Shown here one piece after another: positions 28,229 through 38,708 of a stretch of DNA of 64,000 nt. A program made the position numbers and the translations under genes. This DNA comes from Candidatus Bathyarchaeota archaeon. GTDB taxonomy: Archaea > Thermoproteota > Bathyarchaeia > RBG-16-48-13 > JAGTRE01. The stretch lies in NCBI GenBank assembly GCA_018396415.1, contig JAGTRE010000004.1:21380-85379 (forward strand), in the 5' to 3' direction. The notes below the pieces were generated by a model. That model saw nothing but the letters and a program-made list of their open reading frames with translations. It ran no database searches and had not been told where the DNA came from. Each line of letters starts with the position of its first letter. The stretch's first letter is position 1.

Positions 28229-30028
28229 ATGAACAACTCTGGTACAAACCACCTAAAACGCGCGACTAAACATTACGGTGCACTTTTCACATTTCCAACT
28301 CACAGAACTCTAATTATGTTACAGTTTGTGATAGGCTCTATAGGCGGTGGACTGGCCTTCTTTCCTCTTTTTTCAAGTTTTGTGATGAGTACGATGACTG
28401 GCATTTGCATATTTGTAGCGCCTTCAATGATCGGTGATATTTTGATAAAGTCTATTATCATTCGCAACGATCCAGTTTTTAACCTGAGGCGCTGTGCTGC
28501 GCTTTCTTTAATTGGCGGAACCCTTTGGGTAGGCATCACTATTATTGGGGGAATTATCAGTTTCTTAACCATGAATCCGGTTGCACTGGGAAGAGCGTTT
28601 ATTCTCGGTTTCGGCACTGTTTTGGCGCTTCGGCTTTTAGCATTTTATGCGATTTCGTTTTCTAAAAATTATCAGAATTTTTTCGCAGCAATAACGCAGC
28701 CACTGCTTTGCCTTACAAGTGCTTTTTACCTACAAATTTTTTCTTTCAATCTTCTAACTCCTCTATTTGGCTCAACTATTATCCTGTTAATCGCCTCCTC
28801 CGCTTTCTTTAAATTCATTGATAGACACGGCAAGGAGAAAATAGGACTTAATGCAATTCCATTGTTTCGGGGGTTTGTTGCTGATTGGGCAGAAAATCTT
28901 AATGCTCCGCTTGAAGAGTGCTTTGAGAAACTTGGAAGCGATGAAGAGATTTCGGTCACGGTTGCGGCATTTCAAAGTAATGGCTCTAATACGCTTTTAG
29001 TTATTCCCTCATTTCACCCAGGACCATTTAGAAACGTTGGTAGTAGCAGACTTCCATGTGAACTTCAACAATCGCTTGAAGCTAAAACTGGGGCTACAGT
29101 TCTTGTAACTCACGGTCCATCCGGGCATGAACTTAATCTTGCATCTCAAAAACAAAATCAACGAATCATAGAGGAAACATTCAAACTTGTTGCATTCAAA
29201 CAGTTTTCTCCCTTCGCCAGCCGCATGATACGCGCTGAAGTAGGTTACGCAAAGGCAAGTTGCCAAGTTCTAGGTGATGGTGTTCTTTTAACTCTCACCT
29301 GTGCACCTAAAACTATGGAAGACATTCCAAGAGAGGCTAGTTTACCTATACTAGATGTTGGCAAAAAATTGTTGTTCAAAACCGTAGCCATCGTAGATGC
29401 GCATAATAGTGTAAATAGTGATGAACCACTCTCGGATCTAGACATTGAAGCAATAATAGAAGCGGCAAAGCTGGCATTGGAAAATGCGGCTAGCGAGCCG
29501 CGTAGCAAATTCCAAGTTGGAGCGGCTAAGGTTATTCTTCCTGGGTACACTATTCGCGAGGGAATAGGGCCAGGAGGAATTGTTGTGTTAGTTATAAAAG
29601 TTGGCGATCAGATGGTGGCATACATAACTATTGATGGAAATAACATGGTCACAGGTTTACGTGAAAAAATTCTAAATTCTCTCCTGGAAATCGGTATTAA
29701 TGACGGCGAGGTTTTAACGACAGATACTCATGCGGTTAATGCTGTAACATTAATACCGCGGGGTTACCATCCTATTGGGGAGGCTATAGATCAACAGCAA
29801 CTAATTCATTACATCAAGGAAGCAACAAAAACTGCGTTAGGTAACTTAAAAGATGCTGAAGTTTCTTGGAACACTGGAACATTTAATAAGGTTAGGGTCC
29901 TAGGCTCAAAACGGCTTTCTGAATTAGCTTTCCTTGTGGATTCGACGGCTAATTTGGCGAAAAAGGCTGCGATGATCTTCTTTGTACCAGCTTGTTTTTT
30001 CGCCGTTCTTTTTTCCATAATATTTTAG
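28229..30028 (+). CDS. DUF2070 family membrane protein
   Basis: N-terminal TMs, HPGPF..VGSS, THG..H, DAHN, DGNN, TTDTH. Confidence 0.9.
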   Translation: MNNSGTNHLKRATKHYGALFTFPTHRTLIMLQFVIGSIGGGLAFFPLFSSFVMSTMTGICIFVAPSMIGDILIKSIIIRNDPVFNLRRCAALSLIGGTLWVGITIIGGIISFLTMNPVALGRAFILGFGTVLALRLLAFYAISFSKNYQNFFAAITQPLLCLTSAFYLQIFSFNLLTPLFGSTIILLIASSAFFKFIDRHGKEKIGLNAIPLFRGFVADWAENLNAPLEECFEKLGSDEEISVTVAAFQSNGSNTLLVIPSFHPGPFRNVGSSRLPCELQQSLEAKTGATVLVTHGPSGHELNLASQKQNQRIIEETFKLVAFKQFSPFASRMIRAEVGYAKASCQVLGDGVLLTLTCAPKTMEDIPREASLPILDVGKKLLFKTVAIVDAHNSVNSDEPLSDLDIEAIIEAAKLALENAASEPRSKFQVGAAKVILPGYTIREGIGPGGIVVLVIKVGDQMVAYITIDGNNMVTGLREKILNSLLEIGINDGEVLTTDTHAVNAVTLIPRGYHPIGEAIDQQQLIHYIKEATKTALGNLKDAEVSWNTGTFNKVRVLGSKRLSELAFLVDSTANLAKKAAMIFFVPACFFAVLFSIIF

Positions 30029-30111
30029 AAGCTTTATTTTTAAGTCGTTATTATAAGTAGCGAGGGCAGGGGTAGTTTTTCAGTATTTAACAGTTTATGT
30101 GAGATAGGGAA

Positions 30112-30408
30112 TTAAGCTATTTTGGCCTTAGGCTTTGAAATCGTAATTTCAATAGTTGAAACACTTGTTTCATTGCCTTCGGAACGAGCAACCTTTTGCG
30201 TGGCAATATTTATTCCCTTAATCTCTAAATCCTTAATGAAGGCTCGACGTAATAATTCAACTGTGTCTACGGCTCGGCTTATCGCGCGACCTCTGGCTTT
30301 TACTAGTACTTGTTGTGCTCCATTATTAAAGAAGGTTAGGCAGGCTACAACATAATTCATAATCGGCTTTTTACCTATGAGTACTATGCTTTCTTGGGGT
30401 TGACTCAT
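30112..30408 (-). CDS. albA: DNA/RNA-binding protein Alba
   Basis: IGKKPIMNYV, KARGRAISRAVD, VSTIEI. Confidence 0.97.
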   Translation of the reverse strand: MSQPQESIVLIGKKPIMNYVVACLTFFNNGAQQVLVKARGRAISRAVDTVELLRRAFIKDLEIKGINIATQKVARSEGNETSVSTIEITISKPKAKIA

Positions 30409-30757
30409 TTATAGCCCTCCGAATGTCTTTCTTGGTTTGAATGCATTATCGAATCATGCTTATTCATTATGAAAATGTTTCGATGGTGAATAAGGGAGTC
30501 AAATATCTGGGATCCTTAAATACCCTCATTTCGATGCTTTAAAACAACCCTAAATCCCCACGTTACATGGAAGTAAAGGCTTTGCTAAAGCGCCTTCTCC
30601 CCTGTATCAAAACAGAGTTTAAGCATTTCTTAACATTAATTCATTCCATCAGATAATGATAAACAATTACGGTGTCATACTCGTGGAAACTGTTTTCTAA
30701 GTGGTGATAGATAATAGATCAGCATACGCCAAGGAATTTTATGATTGTGGTGGGACA

Positions 30758-31264
30758 ATGTCTTCTAAAAGAGGAGTTAAAATTTCTGTCGTAGATATAA
30801 AGAAGCCAGCAGACGTTCAATTTATTTGTGGTCAAGGCAATTTTAGTATCTTCAGTACGGACAACTTATTCCGGACTTTTCAGACGACCCTTCCACCAGG
30901 AGTTAAGTTCGGTATAGCCATGAACGAAGCAGCACCTAGACTAGTACGCGTAACCGCTAATGACATTGAACTGGAGCGGTTAGCTGCGGAAGCTGCTCTC
31001 GCAATTGGGGCTTCTCACGTTTGGGTTGCCATGATGCGCGGAGCTTATCCAATAAATGTTCTAAATGCCTTAAAGCAAAACATAGGCGTATGTACGGTTT
31101 TTGTAGCGACAGCTAATCCCTGCCAAATTATTATTGCAGAGACCAAGCTGGGACGTGCCGTTCTTGGGGCAGTTGATGGAACATCAGTGACTAGAATTGA
31201 AAATGAAAAGGAACGGGAAGAGCGCCGAGCACTAGTTAGAAAACTCGGCTACGTGCTGGGGTAA
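30758..31264 (+). CDS. DUF355 adenosine-specific kinase-like protein
   Basis: FGIAMNEA, YPINVLN, ATANP, GRAVLGAVDG, LGY; start ATG 30758. Confidence 0.85.
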   Translation: MSSKRGVKISVVDIKKPADVQFICGQGNFSIFSTDNLFRTFQTTLPPGVKFGIAMNEAAPRLVRVTANDIELERLAAEAALAIGASHVWVAMMRGAYPINVLNALKQNIGVCTVFVATANPCQIIIAETKLGRAVLGAVDGTSVTRIENEKEREERRALVRKLGYVLG

Positions 31265-31452
31265 GCGGATTTCAGTTATATCTGCAAGAAAGTGGAGAAT
31301 TTAACAACTAATTTTCATCAAACGATGAGTACTTAAATTCGAATCTAGTGGAAGTTGAGAGGAGGGAGGGTTGCTTTTCCATTTTATTAAGTCTTATATC
31401 ATTACTAACCAAATCTATGTAGTCCGGTTTTGCTTGTTAAGGAGGTTATACA

Positions 31453-32802
31453 TTGGCGCTAAAAGGTGAATATCCGAAGATTCGCGTCTCTCCACCTGGT
31501 CCTAGGGCACGCAATCTTCTGAAACGCGATGAAGCGGTGGTCTCCCAGTCCTTTGTGCGTTACTATCCACTTGTAGCCGAGTCGGGAAGTGGGTGTATCC
31601 TTCGGGATGTTGATGGAAACGAGTACATAGATTTTAACTCAGGAATAGCTGTATTAGCTGTCGGGCATAGCCATCCCGCGGTTGTAGAAGCTATTAAAAA
31701 ACAAGCTGAACGACTTATTCATTATTCTTATACTGATTTTTACTACGAACCTCTTGTTAGTCTCTCGGAGAAACTTTGCGAAATCACGCCTGGTAAATTT
31801 GATAAAAAAGTTTTTACTGGGAATAGCGGAGCCGAAGCCATTGAGGCAGCGGTCAAACTCGCTAAATGGCATACCCGAAAACACCAATTCATTGGCTTTA
31901 TCGGAGGCTTCCATGGACGAACGATTGGTGCGCTCAGTCTCACTGCGAGTAAGCCAGTTCAACGGAGGTATTTCTTTCCTGTGATGCCAGGTGTCACGCA
32001 TGTGCCATACCCATACTGCTATCGGTGCCCTTTCAAACAGACTCTCCCTGACTGCGACTACTGGTGCGTAAACTATATCGATGAAATGGTCTTTCAAAAA
32101 TTCATTCCACCCGAAGAGGTAGCCGCAATTGTTTTTGAACCCATTCAAGGGGAGGGGGGTTACATTGTACCTCCTCCGGATTACTTTAAACGCCTCAAAA
32201 AATTGGCTGATAAATACAACATTCTTTTGATAGATGATGAAATACAGGCTGGAATGGGTCGTACTGGAAAATGGTTTGCTATTGAACACTGGGGAATTGA
32301 GCCAGATATTATATGCATTGCTAAGGCATTAGCCTCAGGTTTACCAATAGGTGCTATGGTAGCTAGAGCTGAATGTATGGATTGGGAGGCAGGCTCCCAC
32401 GCTACTACCTTTGGTGGAAATCCGGTTGCATGTGCTGCTGCGTTAGCAACAATAGACGTAATTAAAAACGAACATCTCTTAGAAAATGCAACAAAACAGG
32501 GTAATTATATTATGAAGCAGTTCGTAGAATTGCAAACTGAATGTGAAATAATCGGCGATGTTCGCGGGAAAGGCTTGATGGTTGGCATTGAATTAGTTCG
32601 AAATAGGGATACTAAGACACCGGGGCGTAATGAAGCCTACGAGGTCATGATAAGAAGTTGGAAGCATGGTGTTGCTCTAATTACCTGCGGTGCTTCCACC
32701 TTGCGGATTGCCCCGCCTCTCATAATCACTCGTGAGCTTGTTGACACTGCTCTTTCGATTATAGAAAGTGCAATTAAGGAAGTCGAACGTGAAACAAGGT
32801 AG
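31453..32802 (+). CDS. Class III PLP aminotransferase (GabT/ArgD-like)
   Basis: DVDGNEYID, SGAEA, FHGRT, EPIQGEGG, DEIQAGMGRTG, AKALASG. Confidence 0.93.
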   Translation: MALKGEYPKIRVSPPGPRARNLLKRDEAVVSQSFVRYYPLVAESGSGCILRDVDGNEYIDFNSGIAVLAVGHSHPAVVEAIKKQAERLIHYSYTDFYYEPLVSLSEKLCEITPGKFDKKVFTGNSGAEAIEAAVKLAKWHTRKHQFIGFIGGFHGRTIGALSLTASKPVQRRYFFPVMPGVTHVPYPYCYRCPFKQTLPDCDYWCVNYIDEMVFQKFIPPEEVAAIVFEPIQGEGGYIVPPPDYFKRLKKLADKYNILLIDDEIQAGMGRTGKWFAIEHWGIEPDIICIAKALASGLPIGAMVARAECMDWEAGSHATTFGGNPVACAAALATIDVIKNEHLLENATKQGNYIMKQFVELQTECEIIGDVRGKGLMVGIELVRNRDTKTPGRNEAYEVMIRSWKHGVALITCGASTLRIAPPLIITRELVDTALSIIESAIKEVERETR

Positions 32803-32825
32803 GCGCTGTACCGCTTACTTTCAGA

Positions 32826-34856
32826 TTAATTCTTCTGTGCTGGGGCTAACCATGCTTCTTTTACGATTAACTGCATTTTGTTGATCGCTTGGTTAAACGC
32901 GGTTTTTCCAATAACTATGATCTCCTTTCCGAGTAGCTTCTCACTTATCCATTGTAAAGGCGCGCATATATCCCCAGTTTGATTAATGATCTCTTGAGCT
33001 TTTTCAACTGGCATGTTAAGTATCTCTTCCGCTTGTTTCCCGAAGAAAAGGGCATTAATTACTCCTGTGCCATCATTAAGCAAAATTTCAACAATTAAAC
33101 GGGCGGATGGTTCGGCAACCACTCCGCAAGAGTCGCAACGCCAGTTTTCACCCAGTTTTTTAAGTTTCCCTAAACATTTAGGGCACACAAGATGAATGCA
33201 TGGCTTCGGCAGAACTTCGGCGATAGCCGCGTGAACTTCCACGTTCTCACCGTTAACGAGGCTCGTTATCTTTTTTCTTTGAGGAGCAGCCCCTTCAATG
33301 ACAAGTTGGAAACTAGATGCATCGGCTGAAGTTTTTGAGAGAACTTCAATTGTCGTATGCATCCCTGAAGACAATTCTAACTCTTCAGCGAGCCCAGCTT
33401 TCACATAGGCGTTTTTAATTTTGATTTGGTTACCGACAGAAAGTTCTTTTGATAAGGCGGCGAGATGTCTCCACATACTGGCCTTTACTTCGCCAGTTTG
33501 ATCCCTGAGTGTAAAAGACGCAACTAATACGGTCTCTCCTCCCATTGTCACCACTTCCCTAACGACGGGTGGACTAACGATGGTGCCCTCAATAGTCACA
33601 TTGGTCATACCCCGTTTAAGTTGGGCTATTTGCATAGTTTCTTCTGCCTGCGGAAGATTAGCTGCCCGAGCTATCTGGGGATTTAATGTCAATGAACCAA
33701 CTTTACCTAAATTCAGGCTTATTGTGCCAAATCTTTCTTTCGTGTACGCCCCCTCGATAAGCACAATGTCACCGGATTTAATTTTATCAGCTAATCCAGC
33801 GTGGGCATCCCACAATGACAGTTGTATACTACCAGTTTCATCTTTGATGGTTAATGTAGTTACATATCCGATCTCCCCAGATCTTCTTTTAAACTCTCGA
33901 ATTGGTCCAATGTTAAGGACTCTGGCTAGTAAACTCACATCTGTCATGCCAGCTTTTAGGTCGGCAATTTTCAGAAGGTTAATCTGCGGGGGAGCTGGAG
34001 GCAACGTATCTTCGGCTAGGATAGTTATTTGGCTTCTCTTCTCCACATGGATCTCCAGCCTTTCATCGAAACCTTTTGCAATTCGTCCTCCCATGATTTG
34101 GAGGCAATGGCCCTTCCTTATTTCTCTAATTTCTTCAACTTTTTCATTCCAAAACACGGCCTCAATTTTTCCAGTTTCATCGGCGAGTTGTAAACGAATC
34201 ACTTTCCCAACTTGACCATCGGGCTTGCTAAAGGTGGTCGGCGGGAAAATACGCTGAACATAGCCAATTATATTGACATAAATGTCATTTTCGCTAACTT
34301 CAGTTATCTTCTTAAAAAACTCTCTAACATCAGGAAACTTCTCAGGTTTAACATTTGGGGGATCAATAATAATACTTCCACGCGATCCAATGTTAAGTTC
34401 GGGCTTGCCGCTTAATCCATCCCTAACATAACCATGTAAAAGTTGAATAATTTGATTTTGCACGATCTTACCTTGGCACACAAGGTCAGTCTTATTATCC
34501 CATAATACTACGTCTAACATACCGGTACGGTCGGCAATGACCAATCGTGCAACTTTTCCCATGGTTTTATCCTGCCTAGGAAAAAACTGAACTGGGTAAA
34601 CCAAAAGTACACGTCCAGAAATTGATACGTCATTAATTCCCGGCACTAAATCCCGAATTGTAATCTCAGTCTTCAAATCATCTGCTTCTTTAAGGTCAAC
34701 ACCCAATTCCGATGCAACAATATACGCCGCTCCCTCTTCGGTTAATAACCCTCCAACCTCATCCCTCTTCTTTTTAATCATTTGCTTAACCGCATCTAAT
34801 GTCAAATCAGAGCGTTCTTTTAGAATTCGATCCACGATATCCCTATGCTTTAACAA
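32826..34856 (-). CDS. rpa: Replication protein A (multi-OB-fold, C-terminal zinc finger)
   Basis: N-terminal GGLLTEEGAA domain, four repeated OB folds (D.TG...W) and a fifth with CPKC..CDSC. Confidence 0.9.
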   Translation of the reverse strand: MLKHRDIVDRILKERSDLTLDAVKQMIKKKRDEVGGLLTEEGAAYIVASELGVDLKEADDLKTEITIRDLVPGINDVSISGRVLLVYPVQFFPRQDKTMGKVARLVIADRTGMLDVVLWDNKTDLVCQGKIVQNQIIQLLHGYVRDGLSGKPELNIGSRGSIIIDPPNVKPEKFPDVREFFKKITEVSENDIYVNIIGYVQRIFPPTTFSKPDGQVGKVIRLQLADETGKIEAVFWNEKVEEIREIRKGHCLQIMGGRIAKGFDERLEIHVEKRSQITILAEDTLPPAPPQINLLKIADLKAGMTDVSLLARVLNIGPIREFKRRSGEIGYVTTLTIKDETGSIQLSLWDAHAGLADKIKSGDIVLIEGAYTKERFGTISLNLGKVGSLTLNPQIARAANLPQAEETMQIAQLKRGMTNVTIEGTIVSPPVVREVVTMGGETVLVASFTLRDQTGEVKASMWRHLAALSKELSVGNQIKIKNAYVKAGLAEELELSSGMHTTIEVLSKTSADASSFQLVIEGAAPQRKKITSLVNGENVEVHAAIAEVLPKPCIHLVCPKCLGKLKKLGENWRCDSCGVVAEPSARLIVEILLNDGTGVINALFFGKQAEEILNMPVEKAQEIINQTGDICAPLQWISEKLLGKEIIVIGKTAFNQAINKMQLIVKEAWLAPAQKN

Positions 34857-34940
34857 AGTTTCTCACCATATACTTAATGGGAATAGTCCATATGAACCTA
34901 ACCGCTAATTTCACAGCATGAAATATAATAGAACAAAATT

Positions 34941-37799
34941 TTAGTCCCAAAACATTCGAGTTCTAAGATAATTTCTTTCAGCGGCTAATATATTCATATA
35001 AAATTCTTCTTCCGTTTTGTAGGATTTACGGAGAATTCTAACAGCAGTCGTTGGACCTATTCCTCGACCCGCCATGGCGATTGCTGCCCGCCGTCCATAT
35101 GTTTGGATTAGACTTGCATTTTTCCATGCGGTCTGCCATTTCTTTTCCTCTTCAGTGGTAAGTTTCCTTCCTCGAACTTTCTTCTCAGCAATTTTTGCGA
35201 GCTCTAAATCATTTTCATATGTTGTAGCAATAAGTGTAGAATTACAGCGCGGACATCTAATCCTTTCTGGAAGCGTACGCAGATGGTATATCCCTGTCCA
35301 ATCCCCATTCCAAATACAGACAAGTCTCACCCGCTCAGATGATAATCGTTCTTTGATTACGTCAACGAGTGCCTTTGTTGGTATGACGGGTCTAAGGAGG
35401 TCATGGGGAGCTATCTTATCCAGTATTGGAAGGGCAAGTGGAGAATATTCGGCTTTAAGTTTTATAATTAAAACCTGAATATCTCCAGCTCTAATCAATT
35501 CTATAATTGTTTTAGTCCCTTCGATATCTAACTTCTCTGTCTTGAGTTCCCTCAATGTCTCGTGATAAATAGGTGTGTCCCTTAATGCGTTGACAAGCAT
35601 TCTTGCGCGGCTCATTCGGTAATCCGCCCTGCGTTCAATAACTCCAAATCTCTTAGCGACATGCCAAAGTCTCCAGGCAAACATTGCGGTATCTCCCAGT
35701 ATATTATCCAGTATCATTGTTACGTCATCTGGTGTTAACTCCATCAACTCTCTCCTTACAGCTTCTGGATCAAGATAATGCGGGGCAATGAATGCTATGC
35801 GATAGGGATCGGAGACTGAGGCGATATTTATTCCAAGCCTCGAACTTAGTACAGCACTAAGGACTCGACTGAGCGTTTCATTAACCAAGTTGCCGAAACA
35901 TGCGTGAATTATAACATAATTCTCAAAACACTCAATTACCATCCTGCGATCTGTTGGCACAGGGTAGGAGTATTCGACATGTTTTCTAATGGTTTCGACT
36001 ACCTTTTCGGCAGCATCTCTCTCTAATAGATACCCTTTTAGAACATCAAAAGGGCTTTCGTTTCTAGCGAGTCTTTCAGCAATAACGCCACGTAGTTGAC
36101 CAACGCTTTTCGCAATTTCAAATGGAACAGGGATAATTTCCCCTTCCCAACTGGGAATAGCGCCGAGGCTTTGGGCAACAGGTTCAACATTCAAGGTTCT
36201 TTTCTCTTCGTCAATATTTAGGATGCGCCAGCATTGACCATGCATTATAAATTCGACGCCTGGACGACCATTTTTAGCGATAAACTCTTGATCAAGTATG
36301 CCGATTTTTTGGCGCCGCATGAAATCGAATACGTCGTACTGCTTAACATCTGGGATCATCGACAAGTTTTCATAGTAATACCGGAATGTTCGGGGTAATC
36401 GCTTTTTAATCATATCTTCCTCAAATCTGATAACTCCACTCCTTTCAAGTTGGCTGACCGTTGAGGTTAAATCCTCAATAGTTAGTGCTCGATAGGGATA
36501 TGCGCGAGTGATAACTTGGTAAACCGTGTCTAAACCAACTTTACCGAAATCGAGAGCTAGACCGGCTATTTGATGGGCAAGCGCATCTAAAGCGTTTTCA
36601 TGAATTTGAGGCATCTCTAATAATTCATTCTGAGCGAATTTTGCTATTACACCAGCTTCAAGAATATCATCAGCCCAAGCAGCGAGCACACATCCAGTAG
36701 GTTTAGCGTCAATAGCATGTCCACTTCTGCCGATTCGTTGAACTAACTTTGTTACCTGCCTCGGTGATAAATATTGTACAACAAAGTCAACAGTTCCTAT
36801 ATCAATGCCTAGCTCAAGGGAAGATGTGCAAATAACAGCCTTCAGTTTACCTTCGCGAAAGGCTCTCTCAGTTTCTATTCTGACTTCTCGTGATAAGGAT
36901 CCGTGATGAACTCCAGCCTTAAGACCTGGTTTCAACGCATGAATCCTTGAGGTTAAAGCTTCAGCATGCTCTCGTGTGTTTGTAAATACTAATGTAGACT
37001 TATGGGCGTCTATCAGGTCAAAGAGTCGACGAATTCTTCCAACGCTCCCTGCAGAGATAAGAATTTTATCAGCTATTCTAGAATCTTCAGAAGTCGGTGA
37101 AGGGCTTTCTATACGTACATCTAACTTCTTTGTTGCCTCCGCCTTGACTACGCTGGCTACTCGACTATGTCCCATAAGAAACTTCGCGACCAGCTCAGGA
37201 TTGCCAATAGTTGCTGATAATCCGATTCGTTGAAACTCACGTCCAGTTAATTCTCGAAGACGCTCAAGTCCAATTGAAAGTTGGCATCCCCTTTTATCCG
37301 AAACAACTTCATGGACTTCATCTACGATAACCCAGCGCACTTCCTTAAGATGTATACGCATTTTTTTACCAGGTAGAATCGCTTGCAACGTTTCCGGTGT
37401 TGTTATTAACATATTTGGTGGATGCAGGGCCTGCAGCCTTCGGATTCTTGAGACAGTATCCCCATGTCGGACCTGGACATTTATACCAAGTCGTCCACCG
37501 ATCTCCATTAGCCTTCTAAAGATGTCGCGGTTCAACGCTCGAAGTGGTGTGATATAGAGGATTGAAATCCCGTGTAAGGGTCTTTCAGTTCTCTCCCTGA
37601 GGTAAAGCTCGAAAATTGGAAAGCACGCAGCTTCAGTTTTGCCAGTGCCCGTCGGGGATATAATTAAAACATTTTCTCCATTGAGAATTAGTGGAATCGC
37701 CTTTTTCTGCACATCAGTAGCCGTTTCGAACCCTAATTTTTCAATCTCTTCGCGTAAGGGCTTTGAAAAAAGTGAGAAAATGGATTGATTTGAACCCAC
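34941..37799 (-). CDS. lhr: Lhr-family SF2 helicase
   Basis: SPTGTGKT, TPETL, DEVH, SAT, HHGSLS, QRIGRSGH, IPSWEGE, C-terminal CPRC. Start placed at GTG 37799 behind a GAGGT RBS. Confidence 0.94.
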   Translation of the reverse strand: MGSNQSIFSLFSKPLREEIEKLGFETATDVQKKAIPLILNGENVLIISPTGTGKTEAACFPIFELYLRERTERPLHGISILYITPLRALNRDIFRRLMEIGGRLGINVQVRHGDTVSRIRRLQALHPPNMLITTPETLQAILPGKKMRIHLKEVRWVIVDEVHEVVSDKRGCQLSIGLERLRELTGREFQRIGLSATIGNPELVAKFLMGHSRVASVVKAEATKKLDVRIESPSPTSEDSRIADKILISAGSVGRIRRLFDLIDAHKSTLVFTNTREHAEALTSRIHALKPGLKAGVHHGSLSREVRIETERAFREGKLKAVICTSSLELGIDIGTVDFVVQYLSPRQVTKLVQRIGRSGHAIDAKPTGCVLAAWADDILEAGVIAKFAQNELLEMPQIHENALDALAHQIAGLALDFGKVGLDTVYQVITRAYPYRALTIEDLTSTVSQLERSGVIRFEEDMIKKRLPRTFRYYYENLSMIPDVKQYDVFDFMRRQKIGILDQEFIAKNGRPGVEFIMHGQCWRILNIDEEKRTLNVEPVAQSLGAIPSWEGEIIPVPFEIAKSVGQLRGVIAERLARNESPFDVLKGYLLERDAAEKVVETIRKHVEYSYPVPTDRRMVIECFENYVIIHACFGNLVNETLSRVLSAVLSSRLGINIASVSDPYRIAFIAPHYLDPEAVRRELMELTPDDVTMILDNILGDTAMFAWRLWHVAKRFGVIERRADYRMSRARMLVNALRDTPIYHETLRELKTEKLDIEGTKTIIELIRAGDIQVLIIKLKAEYSPLALPILDKIAPHDLLRPVIPTKALVDVIKERLSSERVRLVCIWNGDWTGIYHLRTLPERIRCPRCNSTLIATTYENDLELAKIAEKKVRGRKLTTEEEKKWQTAWKNASLIQTYGRRAAIAMAGRGIGPTTAVRILRKSYKTEEEFYMNILAAERNYLRTRMFWD

Positions 37800-37991
37800 A
37801 AATCTTACCTCATTTTCATTATGGCTTCTCGAGGTGGATGGAGCCTGCGCGAATATCTTTTTATGTAAGCTCATTTTCCTCAACTTATGCAACTTTTATA
37901 GATTTCTTTAACCTTTGAAAGTCCATTCTCTGTTAGTTAAATCTTCAATCCACTATAATTATAGTCGGTTTGTCCGAAGGAAATTACGAAT

Positions 37992-38108
37992 TCACTTAGT
38001 GGAATGTTCTTTTCCATATGCCACGTACAGAAATGCAAGAATAAGCGTGATAAATGTTAGGCCAATTAAAAAGCTAGAGATTAGACCATAAAAATCTTCT
38101 ATACCCAT
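37992..38108 (-). CDS. Small single-pass membrane protein (38 aa)
   Basis: MGIEDFYGLISSFLIGLTFITLILAFLYVAYGKEHSTK with a GAGGCG RBS and TTTAAATA box upstream; below the ORF-track cutoff. Confidence 0.65.
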   Translation of the reverse strand: MGIEDFYGLISSFLIGLTFITLILAFLYVAYGKEHSTK

Positions 38109-38198
38109 TAGTTTAACGCCTCGGTTGAAAGTTTGTCAATAAAGTATTTAAACTGTAATCGGAAGTGCTGCAAATTCATGGTTTTGGTTTACTAAAAT

Positions 38199-38633
38199 TT
38201 ATTTTGCTGGCTTTTTGCCCATATTTCGCCACTCTGACATTAGAGTTTCATATAAGTCATCGAACTCCTCTATCGTGTCGTAACGTCCCATAGCCTCAGC
38301 TAACTTTTGGGCAATGAGATGGTAACAAAAATGGATTTCCCGTCCTTCTCCAACTACGCGGAAGTAAAAATCATCGCAAGAGCAGAACCCTGCCGATGGA
38401 ATAACTTGATAGTCTCTTATTTTGCCAACTACAATCCAAACCTCTCGTCCACTAGGCTTAAACAGATAACGTTTCACGCGATTACCCTTAAAAGCCTCCC
38501 ATCCGTTTTCGAATCTCTTCCCGAATACTGCCTTTAATTGAGCAATTCGATCGTCTGTGATTCGCTGAGTTAGTTTTGCTTCTTGGTAAACCTCATTGAG
38601 TAGCTTCTCTTCAGAACCCTTTTTGTTTATCAT
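38199..38633 (-). CDS. SWIM zinc-finger protein
   Basis: FCSCDDF..CYH motif; likely start ATG 38633. Confidence 0.85.
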   Translation of the reverse strand: MINKKGSEEKLLNEVYQEAKLTQRITDDRIAQLKAVFGKRFENGWEAFKGNRVKRYLFKPSGREVWIVVGKIRDYQVIPSAGFCSCDDFYFRVVGEGREIHFCYHLIAQKLAEAMGRYDTIEEFDDLYETLMSEWRNMGKKPAK

Positions 38634-38708
38634 GCTTCCATCATTCAAATACTGCTTTGATAAAAACATCTTAAGTTTGTTGGTGTTTAGTAGATTTAGA
38701 AACACATC

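Noticed and set aside
31654..34415. Long antisense ORFs (e.g. 31654-32289, 33580-34215) and similar shadows elsewhere
   Set aside because: They lie opposite well-supported genes and have no recognisable features.
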